Assembly: GCA_965658655.1 (NCBI GenBank)
Contig: CBFHTA010000002.1
Coordinates: 175,841 to 239,840 of the forward strand
Direction of reading: 5' to 3'
DNA from: Candidatus Babelota bacterium
Lineage (GTDB): Bacteria; Babelota; Babeliae; Babelales; CAIQNR01
Length of the DNA stretch: 64,000 nucleotides
Below, one piece after another: positions 30,735 to 38,550 of this stretch. The notes under the pieces were generated by a model. The model searched no databases. It was not told the DNA's origin and was given only the letters and a program-made list of their open reading frames with translations. The translations under genes were made by a program, and so were the position numbers. Positions within the stretch are counted from its first letter, which is position 1. Every line of letters begins with the position of its first letter.

Positions 30735-31799
30735 CTATATTTCTTTTGTAAAAGGAGAGCCAACTTCATCAAAAATATCTTCTCGTGCCGCATGTTCATT
30801 TACACAGAAACTATCTTGTTCTGACCGTAAACGCTCTCTGAACGATTTAATGTATACAGGAATTTCCGCATACTTAGATGAGTCGTCTAACATTGCCTGT
30901 AATTCTGAAGAGAACAGACCAACATGACGATACATATATATCGCAGATGCCTTCATCTGAATACTGCATCCAACGTTAAGAGTTTTCACTTTATCTGCTT
31001 GATACTCCATGAATGCAATTACACGCGCTAGCTGTTTAACTAAAGCGTCTGCTGTCCAAATCATAGATTTTTTTTGGTGCCCTCTATCTTCTTCGTCTGT
31101 TGCAAGCGGCAATAACTCTGCTGCTCTTTCTAAATCGTTAAAATAAGAAACTGCTTGTGTCTGACTCGTAACAAACCAATGAAAATCAGCATCATGATAA
31201 AAGTGTTCACCAATTCTCTCTACCTGGTTTCCCCAATAGTTAAAGAGACGAGCAATAGGGCGAGGAAGCGGCAGCACACCACTAACAACCAAAACACCCA
31301 TCTGAATAACCGCGTTGTGCCCAATCATCTTACCAGTATTCCAAATATTACGCCCCCAAGCCTGCAAAAGCGTAGGAGGGGGTGTTGCTTTGGGAGCAGT
31401 TGAGTCAATACCAAGCTGCTTATTTATTCGGGATACTTGCTGCATTATTTCTTGGCTAAAGATACGTGTTAATTCAGTATTTTCTTTAATAAGAGGAATA
31501 TTCTTATTGTTATCTTGAGTAAGCGGTTTATCAACTACAACAGGAGTATGGAAAGCATACCAACCACCAGCAGCAATAACCGCTACTGTTGCGCAATTTA
31601 TAACCATTCGATCATATCGATTACGAATGAGTTGCTGAGTAATTCTAGCCTTATGTAAATCAACTAAGCGTCGATTAATTTTACTAATAGCAGTAGGAAG
31701 TTTTTGAATTGCATCTTTTGGTTCAGCAAAACAAGAAGTAAACACCAAAGAAATTAGTGTAAAATGCGTTATATATCGTTTTAAAGTATTCATGCTCAT
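30735..31799 (-). CDS. Secreted/membrane hypothetical helical protein
   Basis: 354 aa; signal peptide plus internal hydrophobic segments. Confidence 0.8.
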   Translation of the reverse strand: MSMNTLKRYITHFTLISLVFTSCFAEPKDAIQKLPTAISKINRRLVDLHKARITQQLIRNRYDRMVINCATVAVIAAGGWYAFHTPVVVDKPLTQDNNKNIPLIKENTELTRIFSQEIMQQVSRINKQLGIDSTAPKATPPPTLLQAWGRNIWNTGKMIGHNAVIQMGVLVVSGVLPLPRPIARLFNYWGNQVERIGEHFYHDADFHWFVTSQTQAVSYFNDLERAAELLPLATDEEDRGHQKKSMIWTADALVKQLARVIAFMEYQADKVKTLNVGCSIQMKASAIYMYRHVGLFSSELQAMLDDSSKYAEIPVYIKSFRERLRSEQDSFCVNEHAAREDIFDEVGSPFTKEI

Positions 31800-31807
31800 T
31801 TCCCTTA

Positions 31808-32692
31808 TTAATAATTAGGATACGGAGAACCATAAGGATTTGTGTAACTGTTGCCAGAGTTTTCTCGCTGTACAGTCAACTGCCCTACAGCATCTCTACC
31901 CGCAGAAGCTGTATTTGGATCAACCAAGGTTGCCACATGCTCAAAAGCATCACAAGTGCTACTCATCATGCGTTTAACACGATCTTTATCAAGAGATGAA
32001 ATCTGCTTAACATTTTGAGTGTAAGTAACAATTTCTTCTAAGTACGTTTTAAGTTCTTCTAGATAAAAAGCTATTTCTTCGTAGTATTCTGCATTGTTCT
32101 TATTAATTGTGGTCTTATGATAACGATAATATTTTAAATGAGCATTCAAACATTTAATTATAAAATTACACTGTGTTTGTATGTGGGTTGCATATTCTTG
32201 CCAATGATCATCTAGCATTGCTTCTTCATTGTCGTCTTGATCAATAAGACGCAATCTTTTCTCTCTGCTTAAGTCCACAACCGTTGTTTGCTTTGTTAAG
32301 GGAGAAAGCGATTTCATAATACGTGCACGCCACAGAATTAATTTATTCCATGAAAGCGACTCTCCACCATAACGTATAAATTCATAATATCTGCAAAGTC
32401 TTCTTGTTGGAACACGAACAATATCAATAGTTCCATTGAAAAATCCTTTGTTTTGTTTTTCTAATTCAGAAAGAACTACATAGACTCCAAAAATAGAAGC
32501 TGCTGCTTTCCCTGTCTCACCTTGCTCTTTAAGAACGTTTATAACAATTCCTGCTGCACCTAGGCCCATAATATGTTTTGCAAAATCACCTAACTCCGCA
32601 CCCCCTGCAGGCAGCTGATTAGAACTTGCTACACAAGAAAAAAATAATGTGAAACAAAGAAAATATGAAAATAATTTATTGGAATAAATCAC
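31808..32692 (-). CDS. Secreted/membrane hypothetical protein
   Basis: 294 aa; GTG start after GGGAG; signal peptide; Gly/Ala-rich hydrophobic hairpin. Confidence 0.8.
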   Translation of the reverse strand: MIYSNKLFSYFLCFTLFFSCVASSNQLPAGGAELGDFAKHIMGLGAAGIVINVLKEQGETGKAAASIFGVYVVLSELEKQNKGFFNGTIDIVRVPTRRLCRYYEFIRYGGESLSWNKLILWRARIMKSLSPLTKQTTVVDLSREKRLRLIDQDDNEEAMLDDHWQEYATHIQTQCNFIIKCLNAHLKYYRYHKTTINKNNAEYYEEIAFYLEELKTYLEEIVTYTQNVKQISSLDKDRVKRMMSSTCDAFEHVATLVDPNTASAGRDAVGQLTVQRENSGNSYTNPYGSPYPNY

Positions 32693-32792
32693 GTAGAAAT
32701 CTCCCTAATACCCTTAAAATACACCATTTCAGATACATTTAGTGTAGCAAAAAGGGCAAAAAATGCAATCCAAAGCTTGTTTTGGGCTTGTT

Positions 32793-33233
32793 TTAAGCTT
32801 CTAGGATAATGGTTGTTGGGCCATCGTTAATAAGCTCAACTGCCATCTCAGCTCCAAATTTTCCAGTTGCCACTTTATTGGGATGAGCTTGAGTCACTTC
32901 CTTAACAAATGTATTAAAAAGTTCTTCTGCCTTACCTGGTTCCATAGCATCTACAAAAGAAGGTCTGTTACCTTTCCTCGTATTTGCATAAAGGGTAAAT
33001 TGAGAAATAAGAAGAATTTCTCCCCCAAAGTCTGCAATGTTAAGATTCATAGGTTTATGCTCATCGGGAAAGATTCTAAGCTTTAAAAGACGACCGGCCA
33101 AGTTTTTGACCGTTTCCAGCGTGTCTTCATGGGTAAGGCCCACAAGCACCATCATGCCCTTGCCAATCTCTCCAATAACCTGACCATCCACTTTTACATT
33201 CGAATTGTGTACTCTTTGAATAACTAATTTCAT
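32793..33233 (-). CDS. dtd: D-aminoacyl-tRNA deacylase
   Basis: MKLVIQRV, SQFTL, KGNRPSF, FGAEMAVELINDGPTT. Confidence 0.97.
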   Translation of the reverse strand: MKLVIQRVHNSNVKVDGQVIGEIGKGMMVLVGLTHEDTLETVKNLAGRLLKLRIFPDEHKPMNLNIADFGGEILLISQFTLYANTRKGNRPSFVDAMEPGKAEELFNTFVKEVTQAHPNKVATGKFGAEMAVELINDGPTTIILEA

Positions 33234-33296
33234 TTCTTACTTTCTATCCTATTTAAAATATCTTTCCTAATAGGATAACGAGTAAAAGGAAAAACT

Positions 33297-33735
33297 CTAA
33301 CCTTCTCTATACAAACGAATTTTTTCGCTTTCAACTTCAAGAATAATTTTATTGGGTCTTTCTTTGTGCAATCGAAACCATGCAGAGATCATGTTCAAAA
33401 ACTCATTCACCGTTGTTTTGTATGCATTTGGATCTGGATATTCATCAAAATCTGGATCAACAAACCATCCAATTAAAACAAAATTACCTTCTTTTTGTTG
33501 TTTAAATACTACCTTGTACTTATCAATACTCTTTCTTGCTTCTAATATCTTTTTAACAACTTCTTGTCTTGTCCAATCGGAAGGAAAGAATGTAGACCAT
33601 TTTGGTTCTTTTCCAAACATTCCCCATTTAAACTTATATACACCATTTTTATCTTGAACCATTTCTAAAATTTCTATGGGTTGGCCCAAAAACTTTTTAT
33701 TTTTAAAATTTGTCTTTTTCAAATCATGATGCCAA
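33297..33735 (-). pseudogene. Orphan EndoU toxin fragment fused to an immunity-protein C-terminal fragment
   Basis: WHHDLKK...STFFPSDWTRQEVVKKILEARK matches the upstream toxin; from FVLIGW onward it parallels the C-half of 33878..34318. Confidence 0.8.
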
Positions 33736-33823
33736 GCCGTCTTGGCCCCTCCTTCGCATAAAGCTTTCGCGCGCGCGGCAAGGCGGAGTTTATCCTGAGC
33801 AAAGTCGAAGGGCCGGACACGGC
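33736..33823. repeat. GC-rich REP/MITE-like palindromic element
   Basis: 88 nt, GC-rich in an AT-rich context; imperfect terminal inverted repeats GCCGTCTTGGCCC / GGGCCGGACACGGC; internal ATCCTGAGCAAAGTCGAAGG REP-like motif. Confidence 0.65.
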
Positions 33824-33877
33824 CATTTTTTTAAAGGAAAACATTCTGAGAGAGAATCAACTTTACCCGCTTAGCCC

Positions 33878-34318
33878 CTAATCAAGAACATCTTCTCCAG
33901 CAAGATTTTTTGTAGGTGCATCTTCTGCATACACACGAATATTATTATCATCTGATAATTCAAGAGTAATACGATTCTTATCTTCTCCATAAGCCCATAT
34001 CCATTGCTTTATTCCATTCAAAAGTTTTTCTTTTGGAATAACAACAGAAGGAGGTTCTTCGGGTGCATATTCATACCCTATAAGAATATTGTTCCTTTCA
34101 AATTCACAGTCAAACATATTCGTTGCAAACGGAGTATTTTTTTTAATTCTCTCAAGCATTCGAGCTGTTTCTTCAGGATTCCCCACTATACCATCTAAAA
34201 ACAACTGCATTAAAGTTCCAGCTTTTGTATCTGACCCCTGCCATATGTGATAACAATATTTTCCTTTTGTTTCACTAGAAACAGGATAAAAAGTCTTTGT
34301 ACATACCGATTTCTTCAT
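33878..34318 (-). CDS. Candidate immunity protein for the EndoU toxin
   Basis: 146 aa, no signal peptide, starts just after the toxin stop; a homologous fragment follows the orphan toxin fragment. Confidence 0.65.
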   Translation of the reverse strand: MKKSVCTKTFYPVSSETKGKYCYHIWQGSDTKAGTLMQLFLDGIVGNPEETARMLERIKKNTPFATNMFDCEFERNNILIGYEYAPEEPPSVVIPKEKLLNGIKQWIWAYGEDKNRITLELSDDNNIRVYAEDAPTKNLAGEDVLD

Positions 34319-34327
34319 ATTTACCTT

Positions 34328-36060
34328 TTAAAATTCAGGATAAATTGTAATTATATTTTTTTTATGTTTATCCACTATAAAACTAATTTTAATACCCTCT
34401 TTAGTAAAACCAGATCTAATAAATCGCCCACTGTCTTGTTTCACAAAGGGTGCTTTATATTTTTCAATATTCTTTCTTGCTTCTAATATCTTTTTAACAA
34501 CTTCTTGGCGAGTCCAATCAGAAGGGAAAAATGTTGAAGGCTTTGGTCTCTTACCAAACATGCTCCACTCAAATTGATAAATTCCGTTCTTACCTTGAAC
34601 TACATTTAAAATTTCTATAGGATGCCCATGAAACTTTTTATTCTTAAAAATTGTCTTTTTTAAATCATGATGCCAACCTCCAATAGATCTTTTAACTTCT
34701 CCAAACTTAGTGGTGTATGTTTTTATATCTGGCTGAAACAAATGCCTTGGGCGAATGTCTATTAACTCTCCTTTGAACTGCATATGCAACAATGCAAGAT
34801 CTTCTTCTAGTGCAAGCCACTTTGTTGCACTACCTTTTAATGCTGGTACAAGGTTACCATGCATTTTAGTAACAGGGTCTTTGGCCTCCATTGCCATTAA
34901 ATTAAGATATTCACCCATTGTTGGCACAATAATATTAGGTGCACCTTCTACGGCAAAAGAATATTCAGATACTTTTTCTGCTGCATCAAGCCATTTGTTT
35001 GCATTGTTATATGTATATTTAGAAAATTGCCCGATCGCTCCCATTGCTCTTTCTAACAGCACCACTTCAACACCAAATGCTGTTGCGCATCGAATGAAAT
35101 CATACCGCGGAATAGATCTTACAACCTCTATAACTTCTTCTATCTGCTCTTTATGAGTTAAAAAACGATTATAAAGTTTTTCGGGATCCATCATTGAATA
35201 ATAAGAGATAGCACCGCACTCTTTTAGTACATACGCCATTGCACGGGCTGTTTTAACAATACCATGAGCCATTTGCTTTGCTGTTCTTGTAGGGTGCAAG
35301 CAAGCATCAACAGTATTAAAAACGCCATCTTTTGCACCATAGGCAACTGCTTTTCCGCATTCAAGCAACCCCCAACACACATCGAGCAAGCGACTGGTAA
35401 AAAGCACTCCACCCTGCTTATTTGCTTGATGTGCAAGTTCCCCAAGCGAGCCGATTGTATCTTGATACTCTTTGTCTACCACAAGATCTGCCGCTTGTGC
35501 CTGAATATCTAGAAGCTCTTGATGCAATACATGCTGAAACTCGTTACCTTTGAATTGCTGATACTCTTGCCCATTACCATACGTGTTTATAAAGCTTTTT
35601 GTTTTTTGAGACAGTGCATAGTTTTTTTTAACTACTTTTGCAGGATCAAAATTCTTAAACGCACGCAAACGCCTTTCTTGATGCGCATCTTCAAAGAATT
35701 GCCACTCTTCTAGAACATGAACTAAAAGATATTTTTCTTGATACTCAGCACGCCTTTTAGCACATGCTCGTTCTTCTTTTCTCTGAATCTCCTGTTGCCT
35801 TTGTCTTCTTTGCGCTCTTCTTGTTCTTGCTTTTGCAGCTCTCTTTTTTTTTGAGCTGCGAGAAAACGCAACTGTTGATCTATCTGATCCCACTTATTGT
35901 AAGCACCAGCCATTATGGAAAAAGATACATTTCCCCATTGATTAGAAACATTATCGCTTTCTTGAGAACCCCAAGGAGTATCAGCCGCAACCCAGTAAGA
36001 AAATGTACAAGAGTGTGTTAATAGTAAAAAAATAAAAAGTGAAAATCGCTTAGAATACAC
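34328..36060 (-). CDS. Secreted polymorphic toxin with a C-terminal bacterial EndoU nuclease; split by a frameshift near 35810-35852
   Basis: Signal-peptide ORF 35722..36060 overlaps ORF 34328..35893 in the -1 frame; EndoU motifs RHLF, GGWHHD, KPSTFFP, terminal IITIYP. Confidence 0.8.
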
Positions 36061-36061
36061 T

Positions 36062-36574
36062 TCAACCTCCTATCACCCCAAAGCAGTAATTTATCCACTC
36101 AAAAGAATAATCTAAAAATTTCACAGCCCAAATAGTACTCACAAATGCTGTTTTTATTATATTGCGTGTTTTGTAAGCAACATAAATAACACCAATGATT
36201 TTCCCTACGTCATAGAAAGAAAAGTATTTATTGCCTACACTTTGGTTACAACAATGCGGTTTACATCCTCTACACCTATAAAAATCTACTTGTGATTTAT
36301 GTCCATTATGGTCACCATTATGCGCATCAGAATCTTTTGGTTGAACCCTATAATGGCTTTCATTAGATTTTTCACAAGAATCAAGCTCTGCTGAAACATC
36401 AAGTGGCCCATCATCTAAATAGGTATATTGCTCTCCATGGTCATTATACTTATTCATGAAAACATCTAATGATTCATGATCAGAAGAATCAATCGAGAAT
36501 AACGATTGCATTGACAGACAAACAAAAACAAGCATCAAGCAAAATCGCCCAGAATGGGCTTTCAGATAAAACAT
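36062..36574 (-). CDS. Hypothetical secreted/membrane protein upstream of the toxin
   Basis: 170 aa; GGAG RBS; hydrophobic N-terminus; stop abuts the toxin start. Confidence 0.65.
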   Translation of the reverse strand: MFYLKAHSGRFCLMLVFVCLSMQSLFSIDSSDHESLDVFMNKYNDHGEQYTYLDDGPLDVSAELDSCEKSNESHYRVQPKDSDAHNGDHNGHKSQVDFYRCRGCKPHCCNQSVGNKYFSFYDVGKIIGVIYVAYKTRNIIKTAFVSTIWAVKFLDYSFEWINYCFGVIGG

Positions 36575-36686
36575 CGCAGACTCCTCTATAATTAAATCTG
36601 CGATATACTACTATGTAAAAAATGAAAAATCAAACCGCCAATACTGTAGTCAAAAGGTGCAATCCGAGCATTTATTTTTTAATAAC

Positions 36687-36767
36687 CTAGCCCCGCAAAG
36701 CTTTACGTAAATATGGTGCTGTTTGGCTTACTTTAGAACGGGCAACTACTTTTGGTTCACCCTCTGC
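36687..36767 (-). repeat. Diverged copy of the last 27 codons of uvrA (38551..38631)
   Basis: 72/81 nt identical by manual alignment; 6 synonymous changes, TAA/TAG swap, one Ala/Gly change. Confidence 0.95.
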
Positions 36768-38442
36768 TCCATGAGCTAATAATAAAGCAACCAAATAGTC
36801 ACGATCACTTTCAATAGCCTTCTGCAATGGGCATTCTTAATTCCATTGTTAAATTTGGATTAGCTCCGTACTTTAGCAAAAGTTCACCTATTTCTAAATT
36901 TTCGTTATCTAAAGCCCATTGCAAAGGAGTCGATCCATTGTGATCAAAAACATCTACTATAGCACCGCGCTCTAATAAAAACTGCACTATTTTTACATTG
37001 TCGCTATTTACAGCATGATGCAATGGCATCGCAAAGCCAACCTTAGCATTAATATCAATATTTAAACTCAATAAACGATGGATTAAATCTTGATCATTAT
37101 CTTCAACAGCATTTATCAACAAATTTGCAAAGGATGGAGGAACTAATGCTTCTAAAGATATTAATGGGTATCTTTTTTTTAATCTCTCAATAATTTCTAA
37201 AAATTCCATAGAAAAAACTTTTTCATCAACCTTAATTTTACGATCAATAGATATCCAAACATGATCAGGGGAAAACTGCCAATCCAATACAGAATCAATA
37301 CTATTTTTAATTAGAACTTTTACATATATTTTTTTTGATACTAATTCACTCTCTGGTTCTATTATTAAAGACATAGCAATAGCACGCCGTTCACTTGAAA
37401 CCAATTTACCAAAATCTTCAAAACTATTTGCTGATGTGTCAAACAGATAATTTAATAATTTTAAAGCATTTTGCTCATTACTTTCAAGCGCATAATTTCC
37501 TTTAATATAAACTACACCTGGAACATTTGAAACAAGATTCATCCAAGATTGCTTTGCTAATTCACTATATCTAGGTACCCGAGGATTTGAATATGTTTCA
37601 ATAAATGTCTTAAAAGCAGGCAAAACTTCTCTTTTTTTAGAAAGGAGTTCTAAATCTAATCTATCTGTTTTCTCGTTGTATAACATAAAATTCACTACAG
37701 TCCAAAGCGCATCCTCTCCACAAATCGCCACCTCTTCTTTCCCGTCAAAAGAAGCTCTTAAATGGCGCATATGCAAAAAATCAAATGTTTTATTTTTTTT
37801 ACTTATAAGTGTTGCCGCAATTATTTGATCTATATCATTAGTCAAATCACTTAATTCCTGGTCTGTAAATTGTTGCGGCTCTATTTCAACACCAACCCCT
37901 TTTGCATAAGCCGCCAAATCCTTACCATCACGACTTATCAAATACGCAAATGCAGCTATTATTCTAGCAGTTTCTTCTTGAGGAACTTTTTTCATTAATT
38001 CAATAATTTCTTGAAAAACTTGGTTAAACTTTTTTTTCTTACCCTTTGCATTTTTATGATTTTTTTTATATTCATCAAACCATTTTTGTGCTGTTTCTTC
38101 AGTTAAATAATCTGATATTGAATTTTCTAAAATTGCTTTATTTAATTCCCCTAACAACAAATGACTTGGAGAATTCATAAAATTATATTTTTTTTGAGTT
38201 AAACGTAATTCACCATCAAGAACATGTCCCATTTTTTGTATTAAATGTGCAACTTCACTTTCACCTTCATATGCTTTAACTACATCGCCACTTTCTAAAA
38301 ATGCCGCTCCCACAACAGGAGATGCTGCCTCTTTACCTTGTTGTTTAAATGGCGTCATTGTGCCTTTAAGCCATGAAGGATCCATCGCCTGCACGGACGT
38401 AATACTAAAACTCAATAATAAAATAAATATTTTGCGAACCAC
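36687..38442 (-). CDS. Secreted protein (paralogue of 18513..20579) with C-terminal ankyrin repeats; 1-nt frameshift near 36830; corrected frame ends in a UvrA-like tail
   Basis: GGAGG then GTG at 38442; MPLHHAV and STPLQWAL ankyrins; as written it stops at 36811; removing one base gives MPLQKAIESDRDYLVALLLAHGAEGEPKVVARSKVSQTAPYLRKALRG*. Confidence 0.8.
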
Positions 38443-38550
38443 TTTAAACCTCCTTTTTAAACTATACTTTTTAAGCATACTCTATATGAGAAGGCATAAT
38501 AAAGAGTTTTACATCCTAAAGTCATTTGTAAGCTTAAATCCTTAAAACCC

